Positions 1 to 9,555 of a stretch of 64,000 nt of DNA are shown one piece after another. A program made the translations under genes and the position numbers. The DNA is from an uncultured Saprospiraceae bacterium (GTDB lineage: Bacteria; Bacteroidota; Bacteroidia; Chitinophagales; Saprospiraceae), in the NCBI GenBank assembly GCA_964011275.1, contig CAXGOB010000018.1, positions 2,951-66,950 of the forward strand. The letters run 5' to 3'. Within the stretch, counting starts at the first letter, position 1, and every line of letters starts with the position of its first letter. The notes beneath the pieces were generated by a model. The model saw only the letters and a list, made by a program, of their open reading frames with translations, ran no database searches and was not told where the DNA came from.

Positions 1-139
1 AATAATCTACTTTCTTTATTCGAGCATGGGCGCAACTTGAGTCATAAGCCAATGCATACAAAGTACCTGCTCTAACCGGGATATCATCAAGATAAATAGA
101 TGTCCCTTTTACATGGCTATTTGAATCGATGTTTTTCAT
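1..139 (-). CDS. xdhB: xanthine dehydrogenase family molybdopterin-binding large subunit, first 46 codons only (runs off the window)
   Basis: My own minus-strand translation from the ATG at 139-137 gives MKNIDSNSHVKGTSIYLDDIPVRAGTLYALAYDSSCAHARIKKVDY. This is a typical N-terminus of XdhB/aldehyde oxidase a/b-hammerhead domains. The start overlaps the TAA of the upstream small-subunit gene. Confidence 0.75.
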   Translation of the reverse strand, partial: MKNIDSNSHVKGTSIYLDDIPVRAGTLYALAYDSSCAHARIKKVDY

Positions 140-1548
140 TATTGGGCCACACTTTTGAGAGTGATCAATTCAAATTTCTCAGGAAAAAGTTCTAAGAAAT
201 GTGCCCAAAAAAGTTGCCTAAGTAAGAGCCTTTTATAAGACTCTGTACCTCTAGCATCACTTATAGGAGCAATCTCATCCTGCATAATATCGATAGCCGC
301 TAATATTGTTTTTTCGTTTAAAATCTTTCCAAGTAAAAATGCTCTGGTTTTTGCTAAATACTTTGGAATAGGGGCTACACCACCAGCAGAGATATGTATA
401 TCTGAAATTATCATTCCGCTGAGTATAATACTCATAGCACTGTTCACACTGGCTATATCAAGATAGGTTCTTTTACTAACCTTTTCAAAGTTGAAATGTG
501 TATTTTCCCTAGGCATATCAAATTGAATCTTAATTAAATGCTCATCAACAGCTAAGTCATAGGTTTTATATCCTCGATAGAAATCTTTGAGAAAAAGATC
601 TCGTTGATCTCCATTATTATTTTGGATAAGGATTGAGCTATTCAATGCTAAAAAAAATGCTGTCAAATCACCAATTGGCGAGGCATTGACAAGATTGCCT
701 CCTATGGTTCCACTATTTCTTATTGGGGTAGAAGCTACTAATTTCATATGATTAAATAGGTTTGGAAACATACCTATCATTTCTTCTGATTCCATCAGCT
801 CGCTGACAGATGTTATAGCTCCAATTGAACATTTACCTTCTGAAACTTTTATGCCTATTGAACCTTTTTTACCAAATAGACCTTGTATGCTTGATTCGTA
901 AACATCATCATGTTTTTGAACTAAAAGATCCGTTCCTCCTCCAATAGTCACTGCCCCAATACTTTGTGGAAGAGGTTTTATATGTTCAATTCTCTCTACA
1001 ATACGATTAAAATAATCAGGAACAATTTTATTTTTTGAGCACCAAGGAATTGGGTTAGAAATATCTTTTTCTTTTAAATGTGAATGTATATTGTTACAAG
1101 CACGTTCGATAGATTTATATCCTGTACATCTGCAAATATTCCCATCTACTGCTCCTACTACATCGTCATATGATGATATCTTCCTAGAAAGACATTCACC
1201 TGTGAGTGATACAACAAAACCAACAGTACAAAATCCACATTGAGATCCTGATTCATCTACTATTGCTTGTTGCACTGGAGTCAAGTCTGAGCCATTGATT
1301 CCCTCAATACTTACCACATGTTTGCCATGTACATTGATCAATGGTGTAATGCAAGAAGTCATGGACAGGTATTGCATTTGTCCATCTACTAATTCACCTA
1401 ATAATATGGTACATGCTCCACAATCACCTTCGCGACAACCGATTTTTGTACCTACCAGTCGTTTTTCATATCGGATGAAATCCAATAATGTCATACCTGC
1501 AGGTTGCAAAGTTTCAATAGTGGTGTCATTCAGAATAAAGCTGATCAT
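139..1548 (-). CDS. xdhA: xanthine dehydrogenase small subunit (2Fe-2S plus FAD-binding domains)
   Basis: 469 aa. Has 2Fe-2S ligand blocks CREGDCGACT, CGFCT and CRCTGY, followed by a CO-dehydrogenase-flavoprotein-type FAD domain (GGGTDLLV). Sits in an operon with xdhB-like and xdhC-like genes. Confidence 0.9.
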   Translation of the reverse strand: MISFILNDTTIETLQPAGMTLLDFIRYEKRLVGTKIGCREGDCGACTILLGELVDGQMQYLSMTSCITPLINVHGKHVVSIEGINGSDLTPVQQAIVDESGSQCGFCTVGFVVSLTGECLSRKISSYDDVVGAVDGNICRCTGYKSIERACNNIHSHLKEKDISNPIPWCSKNKIVPDYFNRIVERIEHIKPLPQSIGAVTIGGGTDLLVQKHDDVYESSIQGLFGKKGSIGIKVSEGKCSIGAITSVSELMESEEMIGMFPNLFNHMKLVASTPIRNSGTIGGNLVNASPIGDLTAFFLALNSSILIQNNNGDQRDLFLKDFYRGYKTYDLAVDEHLIKIQFDMPRENTHFNFEKVSKRTYLDIASVNSAMSIILSGMIISDIHISAGGVAPIPKYLAKTRAFLLGKILNEKTILAAIDIMQDEIAPISDARGTESYKRLLLRQLFWAHFLELFPEKFELITLKSVAQ

Positions 1549-1550
1549 AC

Positions 1551-2030
1551 TTAATATTTGATCTTGATTTCACTTTTAGCCCATTCCTCGAAAGCAATCA
1601 ATGCCTCCTCTCTTAAGATTTGTTTAGTAAAAAGTTTTCTCTCAGAAATTGGCTTTGATATTTCTTCATAGATGAATTGATCATCGAAATTGATATGGGC
1701 AGCATCTATTTTAGAATTGGCAAAGAATACACTTTTAGGGCGAGCCCAATAAATTGCTCCAAGGCACATCGGGCATGGTTCACAGCTAGTGTAAATTTCG
1801 CAGTCGTCAAGTTGGAAAGTTTTTAATTCCTTACATGCATTTCTTATAGCCATTACTTCAGCATGTGCTGTAGGGTCGTTAAGCGAAGTCACCTGATTGG
1901 TGCCTCGAGCAATTATCTTTTTATCTTTTACTACCACAGCACCAAAAGGTCCTCCTTGTCCAGAGGTCACATTTTTTATAGAGAGCTCAATTGCTGCTCT
2001 CATGAATTTGTTTTCTTTTTCAGAATCCAT
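1551..2030 (-). CDS. guaD: guanine deaminase (cytidine/deoxycytidylate deaminase fold)
   Basis: 159 aa. Has zinc motifs HAEVMAI and PCPMCLGA. The size and sequence resemble the small GuaD type. Lies between xdhC and xdhA. Confidence 0.8.
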   Translation of the reverse strand: MDSEKENKFMRAAIELSIKNVTSGQGGPFGAVVVKDKKIIARGTNQVTSLNDPTAHAEVMAIRNACKELKTFQLDDCEIYTSCEPCPMCLGAIYWARPKSVFFANSKIDAAHINFDDQFIYEEISKPISERKLFTKQILREEALIAFEEWAKSEIKIKY

Positions 2031-2047
2031 ATTAGGCTTAAATCTTG

Positions 2048-3013
2048 CTAATTAATAAGGAATTTACCATTTTTCACAGCAATTATTTGAGCTGCTACAC
2101 TTATTGCTATTTCCATAGGAGTTTGGCTGTTTATTTCGATTCCAATAGGAGTATGAATCTTGTCTAATTGTCCTTGCTCAAATCCATCAGTCAAAAGGGA
2201 AGTAAATAATGTCTCCATTTTAGATTTACTTCCCATCACACCAAAATATCTGTAATTTCTATTTAAAAGTTGTTTTATACAAGTCTCATCTGTCCTATAC
2301 CCAAAAGACATTAAGACAAGAAAGTCAGTGGAGTTGTCAGGAATCACTTCAGTTAGGTTTTGATAGTTTACAACATGCCTCTCATGAGCATAAGAGTTAT
2401 TCTCCATGGTGTTTAGGTTGTTGCGCTCATCATAAATTTTGACATGAAAGTCTAGTTGGTTCATGACCTGAGATAAGGCAAGTCCAACATGCCCACCACC
2501 AATAATATGGACCATAAGTTTATGATTTATGGACTCTTTGTATGTCCATTCCTTAGGACTACGCGATTCAAAATTGGATTTTGAAGTTGTAAATTCATCC
2601 TCTATCAAATTAAATCCATAATGATTTAGAATTAGGAACGGGTGGTCTTTTGATTTAGAGTTGGTATTAATTTTTTCAAGGAATGGCAAGGCAGAATCAT
2701 CAAAATGATAAAAGCCAATAGTCTGTTCTCCAGAACAAATCATTCCTGATTGTTCCTTTTCTATATTCTTTCTGTGTATTTGTTTCTTAATAAATGGTTG
2801 GAATGATCCTTTATCTAAAAGTGATTTGGCAAGTTCTATCAACTTGTGCTCCATTATTCCTCCTCCTATTGAACCCTCAAGTTTATGATCATCAGTAACA
2901 TACATCTTGAAACCCTGACGACCTGGACTACTGCCGTCACTATCCAACACACACATAAGAACAAGTTTCTTCTTTTGATTTAACTCCTCTAATATTTTGT
3001 TCCAGATATTCAA
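2048..3013 (-). CDS. xdhC: XdhC/CoxI family xanthine dehydrogenase accessory (Moco insertion) protein
   Basis: 321 aa. Has an N-terminal XdhC/CoxI-like region (SPGRQGFKM) and a C-terminal Rossmann part (HIIGGGHVGLAL). It is the first gene of the minus-strand xdh operon. Confidence 0.85.
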   Translation of the reverse strand: MNIWNKILEELNQKKKLVLMCVLDSDGSSPGRQGFKMYVTDDHKLEGSIGGGIMEHKLIELAKSLLDKGSFQPFIKKQIHRKNIEKEQSGMICSGEQTIGFYHFDDSALPFLEKINTNSKSKDHPFLILNHYGFNLIEDEFTTSKSNFESRSPKEWTYKESINHKLMVHIIGGGHVGLALSQVMNQLDFHVKIYDERNNLNTMENNSYAHERHVVNYQNLTEVIPDNSTDFLVLMSFGYRTDETCIKQLLNRNYRYFGVMGSKSKMETLFTSLLTDGFEQGQLDKIHTPIGIEINSQTPMEIAISVAAQIIAVKNGKFLIN

Positions 3014-3139
3014 TTAAAATTTGAGTTTTTGTAGTTCGTACTATAATTGTTGTGATAATATTAAGTCATTTAATGTAGACATTATACTTACTCTTAAAAT
3101 GATGTATATCTTGCCGAGACTGAACGAACAATACAAAAG

Positions 3140-4771
3140 TTGAAATTGGTTAAACCTTTGATTACTATATTCAAAATTTTTGCAACATTTTGCTTTATCA
3201 TTTTGGTAGCTGATGGTTATGCTCATTCTTCGATGTACCAAGGTGATACATCCACTATTGAAATAGCAGATACTATAGTCCAAAATTCAATAGTGAACAC
3301 ATCAGATATTGAAGAGAAGGTGTCCTATTTTGACAAGTTATTGGCGGATGAGTTTTTGCCCTTCTTTCTGTTACTGATATTCATATTCATTGTGCTTTAC
3401 TACATGGCTCATGTTTTTGTGGAGAGCTATAATGCTGTAAATAAGAAGAAGATATCAACCGGTGCAAATATTGAAAACAATGAAAACCAAGGATACTTTC
3501 AGGCTACTTTAAATGCGCTGTATTATATCATTCCTATTTCAATATTTTCTTACTTGATTTATATAGCCGTTAAGGGGACGATGATGCAAGGTTATACGAT
3601 GGAATGGTTAAATCTGATCATAAGATGGGCTCATGTGGTAGCTGGGATTATGTGGATTGGAGCTTCATTCTATTTTGTTTTTCTTGAAAATAATCTGAAC
3701 AGAACTAAAAATATCCGAGATGAATTAGCTGGTAATTTATGGGCAGTTCATGGAGGAGGGTTTTATTTTCTTGAAAAATATAGAGTAGCTCCAAATCAAA
3801 TTCCTAATGATTTACATTGGTTTAAATATGAAGCCTATTTCACATTTCTTACTGGTTTTTCATTGCTAGTGGTTGTATATTATATGAATGCGGACTCTTT
3901 CCTTATCGATCCTTCAGTAGCCGATATTTCTATTGGCATGGCTATAGGAATAAGTCTATTATGTTTGGTAGGAGGGTGGTGGATTTATGATATGATGTGT
4001 AAGTCTTCAATTGTAAATAAGTCATGGCTATTTATTTTCTTAGGAATCTTGCTTCTTTCAAGCCTAGCCTATTTTTTGACTCATGTTTTTAATAGTAGAG
4101 CAGCTTTCATTCACTTTGGAGCGGTCATCGGAACGATAATGGTCGGAAATGTCTTTTTCAATATTATCCCAGCTCAAAAAGAAATGGTTAAAGCGGCCAC
4201 TTTAGGACTTCCTCTTGATCCTTCCTTGGGGCAAAAAGCTGGGCAAAGATCTTTGCATAACAATTACTTTACCCTTCCTGTGATTTATGTTATGATTAGC
4301 AATCACTTTCCGAGCACATTTGGACATGAATATAATTGGGCGGTACTAATAGTAATCTCATTAGCTAGTGCCGGAATAAAGCATTATTGGAACCTTGTTG
4401 AACGAGGTCAAAAAAATACCAAAATATTAATCATCTCTGTGGTGTCATTATTCTCATTGGCATTAGTAATATCTCCAGCTTTTGAAGCTAAGATGGACTT
4501 GGCTGTGCCTGTAAGTTTTCTAGAAGTGAAAGAGGTAATTGACAATAGGTGTATACAATGCCACTCTGCAAGCCCGACTGATGATGTCTGGAAGGCAGCT
4601 CCAAATGGTGTGATGTACGATACTCCTGAGCAAGTCAAAAATATGAGTGACAAAATAATGGCAAGAGCTGTCAGAACGAAGACAATGCCTCAAGCCAATA
4701 AGACCAATATGACTGATGACGAAAGGAAAATTCTAAAAAGGTGGATTTTACAAGGAGCTAAAATAGACTGA
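3140..4771 (+). CDS. puuD: membrane urate hydroxylase PuuD-type (cytochrome c fused), start uncertain
   Basis: Multi-TM protein with the conserved core WLNLIIRWAHVVAGIMWIGASFYFVFLEN and a C-terminal heme-c motif CIQCH. It heads the allantoin arm of the cluster. The tracked start is a TTG. About 150 aa precede the conserved core, so the true start could be an internal Met. Confidence 0.75.
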   Translation: MKLVKPLITIFKIFATFCFIILVADGYAHSSMYQGDTSTIEIADTIVQNSIVNTSDIEEKVSYFDKLLADEFLPFFLLLIFIFIVLYYMAHVFVESYNAVNKKKISTGANIENNENQGYFQATLNALYYIIPISIFSYLIYIAVKGTMMQGYTMEWLNLIIRWAHVVAGIMWIGASFYFVFLENNLNRTKNIRDELAGNLWAVHGGGFYFLEKYRVAPNQIPNDLHWFKYEAYFTFLTGFSLLVVVYYMNADSFLIDPSVADISIGMAIGISLLCLVGGWWIYDMMCKSSIVNKSWLFIFLGILLLSSLAYFLTHVFNSRAAFIHFGAVIGTIMVGNVFFNIIPAQKEMVKAATLGLPLDPSLGQKAGQRSLHNNYFTLPVIYVMISNHFPSTFGHEYNWAVLIVISLASAGIKHYWNLVERGQKNTKILIISVVSLFSLALVISPAFEAKMDLAVPVSFLEVKEVIDNRCIQCHSASPTDDVWKAAPNGVMYDTPEQVKNMSDKIMARAVRTKTMPQANKTNMTDDERKILKRWILQGAKID

Positions 4772-4782
4772 GATCATTTTTT

Positions 4783-6123
4783 ATGAAAAGTGCACTATAT
4801 AGTAAAAGAGTAGTTCTAAAAGAAGAGATAAAAGAAGCTACAATCTTTATTGATGGTGATCGGATATCTGCGATCGAAAATGGCCTTATACATAGAAGTG
4901 GATATGAGATAGAAAATTGTGGCAATGATGTGATCATGCCCGGACTGATAGATAGTCATGTACATATTAATGAGCCAGGAAGAACAGATTGGGAAGGATT
5001 TGAGTCCGCTACTAAATCTGCGGCAGCAGGAGGAATTACGACTCTAATTGATATGCCATTGAATTCTAGTCCAGTCACAACTAGTGTAGCGGCATTTGAA
5101 GCAAAACTAGATTCAGCGAGATTTAAAATTCATACCAATTGCGGTTTTTGGGGTGGATTTGTCCCTGATAGTTTGGGAGAAGTAAAAGAGTTGTTGAAAA
5201 GTGGAGTCATGGGCATAAAAGTTTTCCTTTGTCATTCTGGTATTGATGATTTTCCAAATGTAACAGAGGAAGATTTACGTAGAGCACTGCCTATTCTAAA
5301 AGAAGCAGACCTGCCTTTACTTGTGCATTGCGAATTAGAAAGTGATCACACTGATCAAGTTTTTTTAAAAAAATCACCTTACTCTTATGATGCTTATCTA
5401 AAATCTAGACCAGCAAGTTGGGAAGATGAAGCAATATTTCTAATCATCAGATTATGTGAGGAGTATGATGTAAGATGTCATATCGTCCATTTGTCATCAG
5501 AAGATAGCTTAAAGCAAATCAGAGAGGCCAGAAAATCTGGCTTACCACTGACTGTAGAAACTTGCCCTCATTATTTGGTTTTTAATGCTGAAGACATTAA
5601 TGACGAGTCCACAGAATACAAATGTGCACCACCAATCAGAGGAAAGAAAAATAATAAAGCCTTATGGCAAGCTATAAGAGACGGGCTTATTGATTTCATT
5701 GTAACAGATCATTCTCCTGCGCCTCCTGAGTTAAAAGAAATTGAGTCAGGTAACTTCGATAAAGCGTGGGGAGGCATTGCTAGCTTACAGTTGAGCTTGC
5801 CCGCTGTGTGGACAAGAGCGCAAAAAGAAGGATTAGGAATCAAAAAGCTGTCAGAGTTGATGTGCAGTAATGTGGCTCAATTTTTAAGAATAGATAAAGA
5901 AAGAGGCCAAATTGAGAAAGGTTATTATGCAGATATTGTGGTTTGGTCCCCAGAAGAATTATTTGTTGTAAACGAACATGATTTGCATCATAAACACAAA
6001 GTCACTCCTTATCTTAATAGCGAATTGAAAGGTGTAGTTAGGAAAACATATGTGTCAGGGTATAAGGTTTTTGATAATGGTGATTTTGGTGAAAAACCAA
6101 GAGGGGAAATTATATTAAAATAA
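4783..6123 (+). CDS. allB: allantoinase
   Basis: 446 aa cyclic amidohydrolase. Has the DSHVHINEPGRTDWEGF metal-binding block, HCE and TDHSP motifs. The context is purine catabolism. Confidence 0.9.
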   Translation: MKSALYSKRVVLKEEIKEATIFIDGDRISAIENGLIHRSGYEIENCGNDVIMPGLIDSHVHINEPGRTDWEGFESATKSAAAGGITTLIDMPLNSSPVTTSVAAFEAKLDSARFKIHTNCGFWGGFVPDSLGEVKELLKSGVMGIKVFLCHSGIDDFPNVTEEDLRRALPILKEADLPLLVHCELESDHTDQVFLKKSPYSYDAYLKSRPASWEDEAIFLIIRLCEEYDVRCHIVHLSSEDSLKQIREARKSGLPLTVETCPHYLVFNAEDINDESTEYKCAPPIRGKKNNKALWQAIRDGLIDFIVTDHSPAPPELKEIESGNFDKAWGGIASLQLSLPAVWTRAQKEGLGIKKLSELMCSNVAQFLRIDKERGQIEKGYYADIVVWSPEELFVVNEHDLHHKHKVTPYLNSELKGVVRKTYVSGYKVFDNGDFGEKPRGEIILK

Positions 6124-6126
6124 TAG

Positions 6127-7101
6127 ATGAAAAATCCGGAATTTCTAAAATTTATCAATGTAGGTGCCGAAAAACTAGGTGCAAAATCTATGTCCTGTTC
6201 TGATGACTTCTTTGCTGAAAAAGAAAACCTTTTAAAAGAGGGTAGAGGTGTTTTTATCGCTGATAAATATACAGACAGAGGAAAATGGATGGATGGATGG
6301 GAGTCTAGAAGAAAACGAATCGAAGGACATGACTGGTGCATTGTAAAACTTGCAGAAACATCTATAATAAAGGGTGTAGATGTTGATACTAATCACTTTT
6401 TAGGTAATCACCCACCTTATTGTTCTATCGAAGCATGTAATTCCAGAAGTGGTGATTCTGAATCTTCAGAATGGTTTGAAATATTGCCTAAATCTCCACT
6501 AGATCCAGGATCCCAACACTTTTTTGAAATCCTTAATGATAGTCAATGGACACATGTGAAATTGCATATCTATCCTGATGGAGGAGTGGCCCGATTGAAA
6601 ATATATGGTGAAGTCAAAAAGAATTGGGAACAGGTGTCAAATAATGAGTTAATAGATCTCGCAGCGGCTATTAATGGAGGTAAGTCCATTAATTGTAATG
6701 ATATGTTTTTTAGTCATATGGATAACCTAATTATGCCCGGAAAGGGCAGAAACATGGGAGATGGATGGGAAACTAAAAGAAACCGTACTCCAGAAAATAG
6801 AGATTGGGTAATGATTAAATTAGCCCATAAAGGTTTGGTGAAGAAAATAGTTGTGGATACAAAACACTTTAAAGGAAATTATCCAGATACATGTTCGATT
6901 GATGGTTGCTTTGCTCCAAATACAGATCCACAAGAGCAAGATTGGTTCTCATTATTAGATAGAGTTAAACTTGGCCCTGATCAAGAACATATTTTTGAAC
7001 GGGAAATTTTAACCGATAAAATGCTGACTCATATTAGATTGAATATATTTCCAGATGGAGGAATTAGTCGACTTCGTGTTTTAGGAAACATCATAAGATA
7101 A
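6127..7101 (+). CDS. alc: allantoicase
   Basis: 324 aa with two internally repeated allantoicase modules (WMDGWESRRKR... and GDGWETKRNR...; HIYPDGGVARLKIYG and NIFPDGGISRLRVLG). Confidence 0.9.
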   Translation: MKNPEFLKFINVGAEKLGAKSMSCSDDFFAEKENLLKEGRGVFIADKYTDRGKWMDGWESRRKRIEGHDWCIVKLAETSIIKGVDVDTNHFLGNHPPYCSIEACNSRSGDSESSEWFEILPKSPLDPGSQHFFEILNDSQWTHVKLHIYPDGGVARLKIYGEVKKNWEQVSNNELIDLAAAINGGKSINCNDMFFSHMDNLIMPGKGRNMGDGWETKRNRTPENRDWVMIKLAHKGLVKKIVVDTKHFKGNYPDTCSIDGCFAPNTDPQEQDWFSLLDRVKLGPDQEHIFEREILTDKMLTHIRLNIFPDGGISRLRVLGNIIR

Positions 7102-7605
7102 ATGACACTTTCAGAATTAAATATTGCTCCTCTCAAAGAGGTAAAAGAAGCTCTTTTGAAGTGTTGTGGATCAACCTATTGGGCCAAAAATGTATTTGAT
7201 GCACGTCCTTTCGAATCTCGGAGTGATCTTATTAAAAAGTCAGATATGTCATGGAGTATTTGTTCCAATGTGGATGCACTCGAAGCATTCAGTCATCATC
7301 CCAAAATTGGAAGTGTTGCGAATTTGGAAAAGAAGTTTGCTTCCACTGCTCATTGGGCGAAAAATGAACAGCAAAGTGTAAAGGAAGCCACATTTGAAAC
7401 GATCAAAAAATTAGCAAAAGGTAATAAGGAATACGAAGATAAATTTGGTTATATTTTTATTGTTTTTGCTAGTGGGAAATCAGCAGAAGAGATGCTTGCT
7501 TTGTTAGAAATGAGATTAAAGAATGATCCGGAAGAGGAAATTCTGATAGCTATGCAGGAACAGAATAAAATTACTAAACTGAGATTAGAAAAACTTTTGG
7601 AATGA
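7102..7605 (+). CDS. uraD: 2-oxo-4-hydroxy-4-carboxy-5-ureidoimidazoline (OHCU) decarboxylase
   Basis: 167 aa. Has the AFSHHPKIG motif and the size and context of UraD. The start abuts the alc stop. Confidence 0.85.
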   Translation: MTLSELNIAPLKEVKEALLKCCGSTYWAKNVFDARPFESRSDLIKKSDMSWSICSNVDALEAFSHHPKIGSVANLEKKFASTAHWAKNEQQSVKEATFETIKKLAKGNKEYEDKFGYIFIVFASGKSAEEMLALLEMRLKNDPEEEILIAMQEQNKITKLRLEKLLE

Positions 7606-7943
7606 GTCAGATTACAACACATATTCTTGACACAATGACTGGAAAACCTGCTGAAGGGATTACAATAATGTTGGAAGAATTGGATGAAAATAATAATTGG
7701 TCTGAATTGGCTTCTGGTATAACTAATACTGATGGAAGAATTAGTGATTTACTCAAGGATAATCAAGTGCTAGAAGAAGGGGTACATAGAATGTTGTTTC
7801 AGACTAAGGCTTATTTTGAAAACCAAAACTTGAAAAGTTTTTATCCAGAAATTCCAATCATTTTCGAGATAACCGATGAAAGCCATTATCATATACCGTT
7901 GCTTTTGAGCCCATATGGATATAGCACATATAGAGGAAGTTAG
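7602..7943 (+). CDS. hiuH: 5-hydroxyisourate hydrolase (transthyretin-like)
   Basis: 113 aa. Has the N-terminal ITTHILDT motif and the C-terminal YHIPLLLSPYGYSTYRGS signature of HIU hydrolases. There is a 4-nt overlap with uraD. Confidence 0.9.
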   Translation: MSQITTHILDTMTGKPAEGITIMLEELDENNNWSELASGITNTDGRISDLLKDNQVLEEGVHRMLFQTKAYFENQNLKSFYPEIPIIFEITDESHYHIPLLLSPYGYSTYRGS

Positions 7944-8112
7944 AGTTTATTATTGGAATAAAATGAGTCATACAAGGATCGCATGACTATAGGATAGACA
8001 CTCCCCCCAACACCTCTCTTTAAAATGAGAGGAGGAATTTACGCTTAGAGAAGGAGGGGTGAATTCAACGATAAAATATTAGCTGATTAAGCATTTATAA
8101 AATGTAACAGAG

Positions 8113-9552
8113 ATGAATACTTCTATACCAACAGAAGACAAACAGAGAATACTCAATGATTTGTCAACAGCAAATAAAGTTTTTCAACAGAAATATCCAG
8201 GAGATAGTTCAGAACGACAACCTGTACATACCGTATATGGGGGGGCAGATCTTTTTAGGCATGATTCGGCTCAAAAAATGGCTGATGTAGCTCTAAATAC
8301 AATAAGAGATAATGCAGCAAATTTTGTTGAATTTGCTCGGGCTATAAAATTAACCGGCTATGCTGACCTTCCAACTGATGACGTTGTCATTGAGGCTTTA
8401 AAAAATGAGCTTGATGGAATGTCTGATGGGGAGCGAAAGGAACATTTCGCATGGTTGTCTTATACTACTTTTAATAAAGTCATTTCCAAACTTGAGAAGG
8501 AGGCTGTTGAGGATTTTAGAATAGATTTTGAAGATGGATTCGGCAATCGATCTTGGGAAGAAGAAGATGAGACCGCAATCCGAGCTGCCACTGAATGTGC
8601 CATAGGAATGGAAAAGAATTCATTACCTCCTTTTATAGGTATCCGCATCAAGCCATTTACAGAAGATTTGAAAGAGAGGGGAATAAGAACATTAGATTTA
8701 TTTTTGTCCACCTTGGCTCACAAAACTCATGGCAAACTGCCAAACAACTTTGTAGTTATGCTTCCTAAGGTTACAATTCCAGAACAGATAGAATCATTGA
8801 TTGCGATTTTTGAAATCATTGAATTTCAAACGGATATTAAGTCAGGAGCATTAAAAATGGAAATGATGGTGGAAACTACTCAGTCAGTTATCGATTCTGA
8901 TGGAAGTAATCCTTTGAGATCTTTTGTGTTGGCGAGTAAAGGGAGAATGATTTCTACAGCTTTTGGTACTTATGACTATACTGCATCTAATAATATTACT
9001 GCCAAGTATCAGGACATGGGCCATTCTGTATGTGATTTTGCGCATCATTTTATGAAAGTAGCATTAGGGGGAACAGGGATATGGCTGTCAGATGGTGCAA
9101 CTAATGTGATGCCAATTGGGCCGCATAGGGGAAAAGACTTGACTGACGATCAAAAAGCAGAAAATAGATCTGTTGTGCATAATAGCTGGAAAAAAGCATT
9201 TGACCATACAAGGTATTCTCTTTGGAAAGGATTATATCAAGGATGGGATTTACATCCTGCCCAGTTTCCTATGAGATATGCAGCAATCTATTCCTTCTTT
9301 TTAGAAAGTTATGAAGAGGCCGCTAAGCGATTAAAAGCATTTGTGGATAAAGCTGCTCGAGCAACTCTAACAGATGATGTTTTTGATGATGCTGCTACTG
9401 GTCAGGGATTACTTAATTTTTTTCTTAGAGGGCTAAACTCTGGTGTCATAACTGAAGATGAAGCAAGAGTTACTGGTCTTACTATGGACGAACTACGTAG
9501 TCGTTCATTTTTAGCAATAATGGAAGGAAGGAGAAACAATAAGAAATTATAG
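8113..9552 (+). CDS. conserved hypothetical enzyme in the purine operon, possibly an HpcH/CitE/malate-synthase-like TIM-barrel fold
   Basis: 479 aa soluble protein with no signal peptide. The acidic block FRIDFEDGFG resembles the xDxEDxx metal/substrate block of CitE/HpcH-type lyases. It is co-oriented between hiuH and the purine permease. The family assignment was not verified. Confidence 0.35.
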   Translation: MNTSIPTEDKQRILNDLSTANKVFQQKYPGDSSERQPVHTVYGGADLFRHDSAQKMADVALNTIRDNAANFVEFARAIKLTGYADLPTDDVVIEALKNELDGMSDGERKEHFAWLSYTTFNKVISKLEKEAVEDFRIDFEDGFGNRSWEEEDETAIRAATECAIGMEKNSLPPFIGIRIKPFTEDLKERGIRTLDLFLSTLAHKTHGKLPNNFVVMLPKVTIPEQIESLIAIFEIIEFQTDIKSGALKMEMMVETTQSVIDSDGSNPLRSFVLASKGRMISTAFGTYDYTASNNITAKYQDMGHSVCDFAHHFMKVALGGTGIWLSDGATNVMPIGPHRGKDLTDDQKAENRSVVHNSWKKAFDHTRYSLWKGLYQGWDLHPAQFPMRYAAIYSFFLESYEEAAKRLKAFVDKAARATLTDDVFDDAATGQGLLNFFLRGLNSGVITEDEARVTGLTMDELRSRSFLAIMEGRRNNKKL

Positions 9553-9555
9553 AAC

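Noticed and set aside
3041-3283. 80-aa minus-strand ORF in the xdhC/puuD divergent region
   Set aside because: It overlaps the puuD 5' end and the promoter region. It has no motifs and is most likely spurious.
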